NCBI RefSeq assembly: GCF_964355755.1
Contig: NC_092671.1
Span: forward strand, 24,192,070-24,256,069
Origin: Antedon mediterranea
Taxonomy: Eukaryota > Animalia > Echinodermata
Direction of reading: 5' to 3'
DNA: 64,000 nt
Below the pieces are notes generated by a model. It ran no database searches and had not been told where the DNA came from. It worked only from the letters and a program-made list of their open reading frames with translations. How positions within the stretch are numbered: position 1 is the stretch's first letter; each line of letters starts with the position of its first letter. Positions 38,181-49,976 of this stretch are shown here, piece after piece. The position numbers and the translations under genes were made by a program.

Positions 38181-41100
38181 GATAATAGAATACTATTCTA
38201 GCATTCATAAATATAAATGCTACTGCTGGCTAGACTAGAGAGGGGTAGGTTCCATGGTAGGCCTCTCTTTGATATCAAACACCATGAGAGATGCTGATCT
38301 CTTTTTCTTATGGTTATTATACTATACTCTATGGTTGACCTTGTTAATTACACTAATTAATTGATTAGTCTAATCTCTCTGTTTGAGACAATGGAAGGGC
38401 TGGAAGTGGGATGTGTTAATTATTATCACAGGCAGTATAGCCTATTCTGTGAAACTGTTTACTCTATGCCTTATACTTTACTAAACTGAATTTATTGATA
38501 TTAAGTTGATAATATTGTCATTTCTGTATAATAAAATAGTATTACTGTAATGTAATGGTAATCAAACAAAAAGCAATGCAAAGCCATCCAGAAAACAAAT
38601 ATACTGGACATTATTTAAATGTTGTTTACATACTTTTGTTCCCCAGGATATGACAACCTACAGGGAAAGCTGATTGTAGCTGGAGACTGTAGGCATGATT
38701 CGCCGGGCCATAATGCGACATTTGGGACCTACTCTCTAATGGATACAGATACCGATCTGATATTGGCCTCTAAGACGGTATCAGTAAATGAGGAGGGGAT
38801 ACCAAATTCTCATCATCTTGAAAATGTTGGTTTAAAAAGATGTCTTGAAGAATTAAAGGTTTGAAATCTTGTGTTTTTCTGTGCTACAGTAGATGTCATG
38901 TTTTCAGTAATTTTTGTTTTGTATAATGTAGAAAATACATACATGTTTATTGTTTTACAGGAACACAAACTGAATGTTGATATTATATCCACTGATCGCC
39001 ACCCAATGATAGGAAAGACTTTACGTGAAAACTACCCAGAGATAAAACATGAGTATGATATATGGCACCTTGCTAAATCTGTGAGAAAGAGAGTTGCAGC
39101 TGCAGGAAAGAAGCACAAAGAGTTGCAAGTGTGGGAAAAAGGCATCATTAACCATCTGTGGTGGTCAGCCGAAACCTGCCAAGGAAGTGTCACACAGCTC
39201 ATGGTAGGGATTTATTAATGTAGAATGTTTAATAATTAATCTCAAGCGACAGCAGTTTGTTTTAATCACTAATAATGCATTCTGAAATATATTTAACAAC
39301 AGGAACGTTGGACCTCTATTGTGCGTCACATAGTTGACGAACATGATTGGATTTGTGGCTTCGAGTACATGAAGTGTAGTCATCCTCCACTTGAAGCAAA
39401 CATGACAAAACCCTGGCTAACACCAGAAAGTGATGCCCATAAAGCACTACAAGATATTGTTACAAATAATTTACTTCTGCGTGACTTGAAGAAGGTGAGT
39501 TATGCATTATGTATAAATAAATAGCTTTTCAGTATTGTGTGCATTCACTGGAGGTATTATCATTAAGATAAATTGAATACAATTTTTAATTTACTGTATT
39601 TCTATTCAGGCAACAGAATTTTGTCACACTGGAAATTTAGAAGGATTCCATAACATGATGCTGAAGTACATGCCCAAACGTAGCAAGTTTGAGGACGAGG
39701 GAGCAATAGCTCGTACATATCTGGCTGTCATAGACAACAACATGACATCGAACAGATCATATGCAACATTGGCCGATGGTGAAAGTCAATACCGTTTGGA
39801 GTGGTCCAAAAAATCCAGAATGTATGTGGTTAGGCGTGTGAAGGAAGCAAAGAAATATACCTTCAGGAAAGACTTGATGAAAGGTGTTTTTGACCGCGTC
39901 ATCCACGGTTAGTTAATTGCTTTTAATCTGAACTCTTCATCATGCAAACATGCAATGAAAGAATTTACAGTACTGTATATACACCTTTTTATGTATTTTA
40001 CTTAACAGGCAAGAAGACTAAGTCTACCTTCGTGAAAGGAAAAATGAAGAGTTATATAAGGAAGGAGACAAAACCAAGTAAAGCTGAAGCTGTGGCAAGC
40101 CACAAGTCAAGATTGAAATAAGTGTTTACTACTGTTATTACTGTACTGAAAATGGTTAATTTAATGCCTACAGTATATTGAATCGATTATAGATCTTCAG
40201 GATCAATGGCGAGTCCCATTTTAAGTTCATGTAAAATTTATACTGCTTTGATGTTATGATTTCATTAGATGGCATCTGAATTTCAAAAATTGGATGTTTC
40301 GTCACAGTTCATCACATTAATTAGAGCGTGTATCTTGTTATGAATTTTCTCCAAAATTGCATTCTGAAACAATTCCCTTTCACATCAAATTGTTTTCATA
40401 ATAGTTGCACAAAATCCTGTTTACAATGCTAATACTGTACTGTCAACTGTTGAATGGTAGAAATTGCCTTCAGCTAGAGTAGAGCTAAATATTTTGCACA
40501 ATAGTTTAACTTGTATCCATAATTGTTGATAGTTTTAATTTAGTGTACTGTAACAAGTTAATTATTGTTAGTCAATATTTTTGAAAGCACTAATAACTGC
40601 AGTTTTTATTACAAAATAAAGATATTTTATTTCTCATACTATTCACCATTATTTATTTCATTTTCTTATACATACATTAGTTACACAGTTATAACTACTA
40701 CCGGTACAATATCAAACTGTAGTGGTATCATATTACAAGCAAATAATTTTGTAAAAAATACAGTACTGTACAGGTTATAAAGTACTAGAGGCAAGTGTTA
40801 AATGCATACAAACATTTATATCAACCATCGTCGGAATTAAAAGGAAGTCCATCCACATCTATAAATCCTGTATAGATCCCACTATCCTCCGGATATTTGT
40901 CTCTAATTGCCCATACGCAGCATGATGGAATAGGCCTTCTGTCGTTTTTTCTTAGTCGCGAATACACCCACCAAATGTAGCATCTGTATGCGATAAATCG
41001 ATAAGTTCTGAAAATAAATAAATTTACAGTCAGCAGTTGGTCAAAATACAACTGGACAGGAACACACAATATGCAGTACACAGCCACAGTGGAAGGAGAG

Positions 41101-44100
41101 TATTAACATTGAATTAAATTGCATTAAATGTATTTTTATGACCCTTGCAAATCGTTAAATTTTGCACTGCAAATAAAGACTGATATTTTGCTCGAAAATT
41201 TTAGATTTTTAAGCCCTATCGAGCGGCCGTACTAGGCCTACATACAATTATTACTAGCTAGGCCGGCGTACCTACCTGTTCTTAATTTCATCTTGTGTCA
41301 CGCTCTCGCCAAGAATGTCCTTTTTTGAGACATAAACCAGCTCTAATACATCCTTGTCCATGCAAAGTTTTTTAAATTTCTCATTTATCAAACAGGTATT
41401 TTCTCCAATTTTGTCTTCTAATTCTACCCTCTCTCTACAACAAACGCTCCCCTTTACATTCTTCATTAAACGGCAATTTCCACAATGACACCAATCAAGC
41501 GAGGTTAATCTCCATTCGTCTCTCTGTTGCTGGGGCCTAGCTAGGCAGGCCTAGGCTGATTTACATCTTCGCCGTCGGCAGTTTGAGATGTTTGTATGGG
41601 CCTAGGTTCTGGTTCAAATGCACCATGTCTTTCAGGTCTAGGCCTACGATTAAACATTGCCGTTTGATCCGTCTATCCACGCAATAACCACGCAAAACAA
41701 TCTTAATCTTAGACTTATTATTCGTATCCTAGTTTATCGAGTCGAGAAGAGATCGATCGAGTCGAGCGCGAGGAGGATCGGCGGAGGCGGCGAGGAGAGG
41801 CGAGTAAAGAAAGCCAACAGCTCGCGCATGCGCAAATTGATTGACTCCCTAGAAAGTAAAAATTACCCACTTGGCTCAAGTGGGTAGTTTTTTTAATTAC
41901 GTTAATTACGCAAAAATAAATTGGTCAACCCCTAAAAAACACATCGGGAATGAAAAATTTGGCTTCCGAAGAATCTGAAAACATATATGCATAATATTTT
42001 TGGAACTTACATATATTTTTTACGATTTTTTTAAAACGCATCGTTTTTTTTCAATTTACATGCAAATGAATAGGGAAAAAGGTTTGTAATTTGAACTATC
42101 CCCCCAGATGGCATTTTTTGATGTTTTTCAGAATAACCATACAGCATACAACAAATTTAAAAAATACCTTAATTTAGATGAAAGTAATGTTTATTATGAA
42201 CTGAATAAAATAAAAATGTGAAATTTTTTGAGAGCACCTCCACTTTAAACATGTTCAGTAATTTCGGTCAGTATAGTTCACTATGTCGGTCGGTCTGTCT
42301 GTCTGTCTGTCTGTCGGTCCGGTATCACTATGCATTGTAGCACGCGACTTAATGGCTGTTGGCCTTGTTATAAATTAAATCAATTAATCAGATAATTATG
42401 CGTGTAACAATTACGAACAAATCAGTATATTTGAAGGTAAACATTATATGAATAAAAAAAAACAATGTTAACTTTCATGCATTGTCATGAATGTATACAT
42501 ATAGTTCTATCTGCTTTGACCTGATCAGAGTGTTTTAAACGCAAGGCATTGGAATGTTGGTCGTTGTGTCTGAACACCTTGGCTTTTAATGCCACGGATT
42601 ACCGTACGCCTTGCGTAGATAACTCCACCGTAACTCTGTGAGTCTCAACATACCCTTAGATACAGTCTGCCTAAAATTTTGTGCACCCTGTGGTTTAATG
42701 TGTTTACACACACGGCAGGGATTGTCTAAGGTCATGCATCTGTACTGTAACTAATTTGAAATCAATTTTGGTAATTTTTCAAGTCAGTCTATGTACATAA
42801 AATAAATTCCTGAATAAAAAAATTTTGTGGCGTATTAAGCATTTTATGAAGTAAAGAGGTTTTTTTTGTTTAAAAACAGGGGCTGTTCCAAATGAAATTG
42901 CCAAAACATGTGTGTGAGCATGGAGGGAGAAATATCCATACAGCGAAAGGACAGAAATAGACATGGTGGAGGAGTACGCTTATATGTAAAAGAGGACTTT
43001 GCATTTAATTGTAGAAACGATGTTTCTGATGATACCGAAGCTGTGCTGGTTGATATTCTCCTTCCAAAAACTAAACCTATCACCATCGGAAGTATTTACA
43101 GACCTCCTAAGGATGGTAAATTCTTGGAAAAATTAGAAAATATTTTTTCTCTTCTGAGGTCCGACTGCGAGTCATACATATTGGGTGACTTCAATATAAA
43201 TTTCAACCAGCCTAGCTCCGGTCTCTTAAATAATTACAAAAACATACTAAATCTTTATGGTTTTATTCAAATCATAAATAAAGTTACCCGTTATTCCATA
43301 AATACCTCCTCATTACTTATTTTAGGAAAAGGTAATCGATCACACGTTCGTGAATATGAACTAAATGCTGTTGGTTATTTGAATGTAACAAACAGTAAAA
43401 TTGTTACAACTTGTACATGTACATAAAATTTATTATGGAACATCCATCCCATATATGTATCCCCATTTTGTCAAATTAAGTACCGTCCATAAACATGAAA
43501 CCAGATCTAGAAAATATAACTTTCAAATCCCTCGCCTAAATGGTGTTGGACAAACCAGCTTCTTTTACAACGGAATAAAAAACTGGAATTCTCTTCCAGA
43601 TTGTATTAAGGCCACAACCTCTACTAAGTTGTTTAAACACAAAGTCAAAGAATATTTTAAGAATGTTCCATAATGTTTCCTATATGTAATTTCACTTAAA
43701 GTAATTGCGTTTAATATATTGCTAAAATAAATATAATTAAAGATGTCTAAATTTTGTCTCAGCTAAATGTACATAAGGACTTAGATGGAAATAAGTTACA
43801 CCGAAAATGTGAAACTTTATCTAATTATCCTTGGTTCATTTGTTCTGTTACCATTGTTTGACGCCTTCTGTTTTTTGTATATTTCTGGAGTTGTCTTTGA
43901 ATTTGATGTTTTTGTAATTTGTCTGTTTTTAAAATGTATTTTATGTATGATCAATCATGGTGTACTGCATGATTGTTGCATGGATTGGAATGGACAATGA
44001 TTTTTAATCATCATTGTTGTTATAGAATCTCATCCCCCTGCAAAAAAAAAGAATTTTAGGATACGATTGTTTATCGCACCAAAATAAATTAAAAATGTAG

Positions 44101-47100
44101 TTTGTTACAGTAGGCCAAAGTCTGGGATTCAAAGTAACTAGACCTAGATATAATACTGTACATTTATTGTGAAAATAATCTACCTAGCTTGATCCCAAAA
44201 TTGCATTACTTTAATAACCTACTCTAGATAGTATATCTGTCACGATAAATATGGTCCGGGGCCAAAATCAGTCCGGCCGGACCAGTTTTGGCTATAAAGT
44301 TGTGGCCAAAAGCAATCCGCCACTGCCAAAATCGGTCCAGGCTTTTCTTCTGTCGATTTTAATTGAATTACTAGGCCTATGATGCTGTTTTAAGTTGTTT
44401 ATGGCTAGAAAAATATCCCATGATATATATTAGTAAGTTATCTTGTCGGATAAATACTATAAATAAATGTATTTTATCTAAAAACCTGACTTAGGTGTTC
44501 ACTCATATTTCAGCCTGCCACACACTCACATGAACGGGTATGAGACGCTGATATTGCCAGCTAGATTTTATTTATGATTGGGCCTTTTTCCTTCCTCAGC
44601 CTATATTGGATAGTTGTTTTATAATAATTGTATTTAATTATATATTGATTGATTAACCATAAATAATTAATAAATTAAATTGTTTTTAACATCATGGGGA
44701 AACGAAGATGTTAAAAAAGAAAAATGGAAAACAAGCAGAGATACATATTGTATACAATAAGCAATTAGTACTGATGAGTTACTACTAATAATGATAATAA
44801 AAAAACAGGCTTAATTTATAATATTAAAACAACAAATAAAACCCTGTAGTTTCCAATATAATGATTAATCATGGCCTTTTTTAAATGATATATATTATGA
44901 CTCATTTTGCGCACCATATATTTGTAAGACCGGACCATATTTGGCGGTCAAAAACAGTCCTACTGCTCGGACCGATTTTATCCCGGCCGAACCAGTTTTG
45001 GCGGCCATAAATGGTCCCCCGGACTGATTTTGGTAGCCAAAACTGGTCCGCCGAACCGATTTTGGCCCGGACTGATTTTGGTGTGACATATCAACTCCCT
45101 GGTATAGTATAGGCCTAAAGCTTGAAATGGTCGGATGTAAATACTACGTGAATAAAGATGCATCATCTTTGCAGAGTTAGGGGGTGCCAACAAAACAATG
45201 GGCTAAAATCGTAAATCTGTAAATACTGCATCAATTTTATCCATTCAAAGACTAAAATAATGTGCTTCTTGCTAAAAAAAATGTATAGCCAGAGTTGTTA
45301 TCCAAGAGATTATCTAAACATTACGCAATCAATCATCTATTGATAATAATAATTTACTTTTTTATCAACCCCAAAACCAGTTCTAAAAGTACTGGGATGG
45401 TGTCCGGCGGGGGATAGTTTCACCATGTAGTTTAAGTTCTATTTATTTGTTGTTAGCCGAAAATGTTTTCTCATATAATTCAAAATTACATGCTACAATT
45501 AAATACCAACCTTGTTTTTGGCAGTACCTCTGTTGTTTCCTCTGTAACTTTTGCTTTATGTAAGACTAGATTCTCTTTTTCTTCCCTTTTCTTTTGTACA
45601 GCTTCTTGCACTGATGTGTATTTCAGTTAAGATTGTGTATTTGAACAAATGTTATGATCATAGATAGATAAAAACTAATGTTAGCCATAACTACTGTATA
45701 ACCATTCCAAAGTTAAAACAAATGCAGATACAGTATTCAATCAGATGTCAGATTTTTAAATGTTACTAAATATATATTTCAATATTTTTTTAATACATAC
45801 GAAGGAATGAACAATATCCCATGGCTGTTACTACTTGTAGTCCAGTCAAAAATCACCATCGATGTGGCATAAGCTAGTACCCTAATGAAATTCACACAGT
45901 ATGTTCAGAATAAATTGGAAAGATCATTTCTTGATGTTGCGTCGTGCAAAATCTGGGATTTAACAAAGCAATTTTTACCCACTTCATGTTTACTCTGAAT
46001 GCAACATAGCGTGACATTTTGAGTATTTTGAGGTTAAAAATGTTTATTTGAAATGAGAATAAAGCGCTATTCCACCGAGAAGTCGTCGCTGCTGTGCTTG
46101 ATGACGATGGCCCGGATATTGACGTTGATTACGATGTAGGTCTAGCTAGCTAGGCCTACTCTACAAAGAAATTGATGAAGGCCAAGGCAGTAGTATGGAC
46201 ATAGACTCCTTAAATTATCTAGGCTAGGTCTAGTAGGTCAGCTAGCAAGCAGGAAATACCTCACTGAAATGTACTGGCAGTATACAGAACAATAAACATC
46301 CGGCATTCAATGGGTTAAACAATTTGATAACTTTGAATTCAGACGAATTCAGAGAAATTACTTTTACTTTTTTGTTGTTTTCTTTTATAAAGACAAAATA
46401 AATGTTATATTCAACAAAAATCCATTGATTTAAATTACATTTATAATAATTATAAAAAATGGCATATTTTTTCAAGGGGACAATCTATCTTTAAAATAAA
46501 ATCATGAAGGATATTTTAAACCCTGTTCAGCAGCAGATTTCTGCATTGAAACTTGCCTAATCTGTAATTCAATTCCAGCCTTTTCTTTCTGGTATTCTGC
46601 ATTGCTTTCTTCGTCGACAATGCTACGTTCTCGTTCTTCCTTCAATGCTAATAACTCTGCAATACAAAAATACGAGATAGTTTACAGCAATATATGCTTG
46701 GCTTTTTACACAAATAGCACACTCAGACTTCTGTCATTTATAAATAGAATGAGAGATGTGGTAATTAAATTGGAAGTCAAACACACATATACATTCTTAC
46801 ATCATCAGCATACTATATAGGAATAAATCCCTAGGACCTACTCAATATTTCTGTTTTTCTCATTAAATGGCATACTGTATAACACCTACAACACTACAGT
46901 AATATCAGCTTAGCTTTCAAAAAATAGTAATAGAATTATTTGTGTTCACTACTAAATTTTTGGGCCTTGAATATAAAATTGCATGGTAATTCTTTTAGCT
47001 GATTATTTTTAGTCAGATTTTTTAACTCTGTATCAAGGACTAGTCATTATAATTACAATTTTTTGTAATTGAATGTCAATACAAGTATATTTAAATTAAT

Positions 47101-47280
47101 AAAATTTAAATATAGAATACCTTTGATATCAACTTTGATCTGTTGTTCTTGGGCTTGTCTTCGAGCTTCCATTTTTTGCCAAATTTGTGAAGTCAGTCTT
47201 AGTTTTTCACAATCTTCTTGATTGTTAAGACATTTTATCACCTCTGTTATAATTTCTTCTCCTTCTCTACAATCATTCAT
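34423..47280 (-). CDS. SPC24: Kinetochore protein Spc24 (NDC80 complex), 5 coding exons: 47280-47121, 46656-46515, 45615-45511, 34916-34840, 34529-34423; 196 aa
   Basis: Exon lengths 160+142+105+77+107 = 591 nt, phase-consistent, no internal stops. N-terminal coiled coil ([16 protein letters not shown]...[13 protein letters not shown]), then [61 protein letters not shown], which resembles the Spc24 RWD-type C-terminus as I recall it for human (LYHQVSKIEWDYECEPGMVKGI...FISDYLWSLV). Length matches vertebrate Spc24 (~197 aa). Confidence 0.92.
34530..34839 (-). other. U12-type GT-AG intron (310 bp) of SPC24
   Basis: 5' splice site GTATCCTT; branch point TTTCCTTAAT (34550-34541) 11 nt upstream of the exon; frame preserved. 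Confidence 0.92.
34840..34916 (-). CDS. SPC24: SPC24 coding exon 4
   Basis: Acceptor ttcttttcag|; [26 protein letters not shown]; ends at U12 donor |GTATCCTT. Confidence 0.92.
37604..40121 (+). pseudogene. Kolobok transposase (THAP + DDE + H2CH), multi-exon, disrupted
   Basis: THAP CMVYKC..W..ICSAHF..AVPT (start appears to be ATG>ATT; frameshift ~37775). Exons with [52 protein letters not shown], ending ASHKSRLK*. Phase mismatch between 37925 and 38647 implies lost exons. Confidence 0.88.
40821..41657 (-). pseudogene. KolX accessory gene (P2X7 cytoplasmic ballast/Nanor-like Zn-binding domain); exons 41657-41276 and 41007-40821
   Basis: AFEP, WCHCGNC..M...VCCRE, then R|[43 protein letters not shown]. 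Exon 1 is frameshifted at a CCTAGG-rich patch (~41535-41555). Confidence 0.85.
42880..43760 (+). mobile_element. CR1/L2 LINE fragment: APE joined to the ORF2 C-terminus by deletion
   Basis: [21 protein letters not shown]; then [25 protein letters not shown]. Confidence 0.8.
44238..45088. mobile_element. MITE with TGT...ACA ends and 4-bp TSD (Ginger-like non-autonomous)
   Basis: TATC|TGTCAC...GTGACA|TATC; subterminal GGTCCG/CGGACC repeats. Confidence 0.85.
45511..45615 (-). CDS. SPC24: SPC24 coding exon 3
   Basis: U12 acceptor atcttaactgaaatacAC|; [10 protein letters not shown]...EVLPKT; donor AG|gttggt, phase 2. Confidence 0.9.
45616..46514 (-). other. U12-type AT-AC intron (899 bp) of SPC24
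   Basis: 5' splice site ATATCCTT; branch point AATCTTAAC (45634-45626) 10 nt upstream of the exon; terminal AC; frame preserved. Confidence 0.9.
46515..46656 (-). CDS. SPC24: SPC24 coding exon 2
   Basis: Acceptor tattgcag|; [12 protein letters not shown]...AAEQGL; ends at U12 donor |ATATCCTT. Confidence 0.9.
47121..47280 (-). CDS. SPC24: SPC24 coding exon 1 (exon begins at 47292 after ttattgtag acceptor; 12 nt of 5'UTR)
   Basis: ATG at 47280; MNDCRE...KVDIK; donor AAAG|gtattc, phase 1. Confidence 0.88.
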
Positions 47281-48217
47281 GTTGAGTATGTACTACAATA
47301 ATAGAAGATAAATTTAAATGACGTAGTTTGTGGTATTTAAAGTACAGCTCCACTTTCTCAGCTTATATTATGTTTAAGTATGTTAAATTGAAAGTGATAC
47401 ATAACAAAAACAGGGAAAATATGGCAATATGCGTTACACTTGGCGATGGTTTTAGTCGCCGGTGAACGCGTTTGTGTATAAGTGTCCAAATGGCGAACCA
47501 ATTCTATACACACAATTAATGCAATTTGTTTAGGCCCAAGTGATATTTCAGATAAAAATGTCAGTTTGTTTTACATCTAACATCATGATTTGCATTGTAC
47601 AACAGCATAATCTAATAATTAACTTGCTTTTTAAGCTAGTCCTAGCTAGGCCGCCTACTAAGCCTAGCTAACTAGGCTTGAATTCATATGATGCCCTTGT
47701 ATTCATGGGTTGTTTTCATTAGTAATAGTAGTCATATATTATTGTCATAATTTTTATATTTACAAAAGTGCCCAAACTGTTCACAAGTTGTCTGTGGTTA
47801 TAGTTTGCATCCGTGATATGCTACATTTTTGACATTCTATTCTCTAGGAAGTTTACGGGTGCAGGTTAACTCGGTCCTAAACCGTCTCGGCCAAAGTCAA
47901 GTCAGCCCCACGTCAAGTCGGCCTCACGTCAACCCGGCCAAATACTAAAAGCGGTCAACTCTGCCACATTAAAGTATGGAACGCAAAAAGTGCTAATAGT
48001 TAATATTATAATGGCAGGATTAGTAAGGTTAGGCCTAAAAAGCTCTGTCTACACTATCAAACTACAGTAGTTTGACAAAAACAGTGTGATGTGCCCAAAA
48101 ATGGTAATGATAATTGATATACCCAAATATGGTAGTGATATGACATCATTATGTCCATATGGGAACATCACAATTTTTTGTCACATAAATTAGTTTGCCA
48201 GAGTAGCCACATTAAGT

Positions 48218-48862
48218 AACTAGAAAGCCACTCCGAGAGGACATACCTCCGCCTACTGTAAAATTCTGCTACCTTCTCCGGGAAAAAAAATTATATATAT
48301 ATTTGTGTGTGTCTTAATGCTGTTTGTGATTTAGGCTAATTTTACTACAAGCATGTGAGTTTGGTGTAATGGTTATGTAACAAGCCTTTAACATTAACAT
48401 TAGCTTCAGTTGACTAAACAATAGAACAGCAACGCGAAAATCACGAGTGAATTTAAAAAGAAATAGGTTAACTACTCGCATCAAAAAAGGTGTACATTAC
48501 AATCAAACTATGTTTTAAAATTACAAATCAGCAATTATAACTCTTGCCTCTTGTACATAAATGAAGTTTTTTGGGCAAGTAGTTCGAGAAAATGCAATTT
48601 CAGTTTACTTGTTACTTTAAGACTGCTCGCCGGCTTTTGAAAAATTCTTACTTTAATCTTCTTTTAACACTAGCAGGTCTGAAAAGTATACTAAAAAGTG
48701 GTCCAGAATTGGGACCATGGTCCCAAAATTTTAATGGAATGGTTCTTGACCACATATCTATCTACAGTATATATTCATTTTTTAGTAATCCTGCTAACAA
48801 ACAAACAGAAAGACAAACAAACAAACACGATTGATTACATATACCTCCTTGGTGGAGGTAAA
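48218..48862 (-). mobile_element. HINE/DINE-1-like element
   Basis: Minus strand TTACCTCCACCAAGGAGGT..(GTTT)n..GGCGGAGGT..CTCTCGGAG..CTAGTT. Confidence 0.75.
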
Positions 48863-49976
48863 TAATCACATTATTTACTGTGAATAAACATGATAGGGTC
48901 ACATCCAGAATGTTTTAATACTTTTCTTCCTTCAAAAACAACATTGCGACGATAATAGATCGCCAGCTGCAGCAGCAGTGTGTCGATGCCACATGATCAC
49001 ATTCCCTAGCATAATAAAAAATCCCAGTTGCATCCTAACGGGGATAAACATCTATTTACGCAAAGTTGCGAAAATGTATACTCATTAAAAAAAATCAGAA
49101 ATAGAAGAATCTTGAAAAAAAGATTTTTTTTAGTGAAGAAATTGTTTTTTTAGGATTATTCAAATTTAGCCTCTCTTTTGAATTGCATTGCATGTAAAAA
49201 GAATAGGAAATTACAAGGTTTCCCTGCCATGATGCGTGATTTTCAAGGAAATCTTACAGTACATTGAAAACAATATAGTACAAAAAACAATATGAAGTAC
49301 TGTATCAGGGATGATAATTTTAAATAACACTAAACTGTAATGTATGAAAAATAGAAATTTTCTCGGTGGAGCTCCATTTTAATAATACTATACAGTAGAT
49401 ATTTTCAAAAGCTAGACAGAATGCTTGGCAGCCTAAAACCTGTTTAGACTAATGGACAATACAAAACAATAATAGATAACCTATGCATTTTGTTACAGAA
49501 AACAAAATAAACAGTTTTCATTCTATAATTACAGAATAATCATAAAAACCTAGATTTTAACTCGTAAATTTGACGAGTTAGTTATCTGTACAACAAACGT
49601 TACAGCCACGTACATGAAAAAGATTAGGCCAATATGACCTTAAGAAAATAATATATACATATATATAGTTTTTACTATTATACCATTATATAATATATAT
49701 ATATATAGTTTCGGTGTTGATTACGAACAATGCACTGTTAACAACATAGCTCCGGTACAAGCTCCTAAAATTGCATTTTTCACTATCATATCATTGGTAT
49801 TTATTCATCGATCTCTGTTATCTCATTTACTTAATTGAGTACTTCACTATGGAAAGAAAGATTCTAAGGTAAAATCTATTGAAGACTTAAACAAGGACAA
49901 GTCAGGCCCTATCCGTATACAGGACGAAACGACTGAGCCTACAGAACACCGGGAAGCAACGTCGAAATCCCCGGTA

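Larger units (their letters stand above)
37228..42244 (+). mobile_element. Kolobok DNA transposon (5017 bp), TTAA TSD
   Basis: TTAA|AGTGGAGGTGTACTCA ... TGAGAGCACCTCCACT|TTAA; two convergent genes inside. Confidence 0.93.
36612..42369 (+). mobile_element. HINE/DINE-1-like element, middle layer of the nest
   Basis: subTIRs AGTCGCGTG / CACGCGACT; (GTCG/GTCT)n core repeated near both ends; 3' ...TGGCTGTTGGCCTTGTT. Confidence 0.75.
36285..42655. mobile_element. PIF/Harbinger-like MITE, outer layer of the nest
   Basis: ~37-bp TIRs GGGTATGTTCAGACTCACGGAGTTACGGTGGAGTTAT / ATAACTCCACCGTAACTCTGTGAGTCTCAACATACCC; flanks TGA/TTA (degenerate TWA TSD). Confidence 0.82.

Noticed and set aside
40821-41466. 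Host P2X7 receptor gene
   Set aside because: No P2X transmembrane or ectodomain exons; it lies inside Kolobok TIRs, so it is KolX.
46515-46525. Canonical GT donor for SPC24 exon 2 (CAGG|GTTTAA)
   Set aside because: Weak U2 consensus; the adjacent ATATCCTT donor pairs with a U12 branch point and AC acceptor and keeps the frame.
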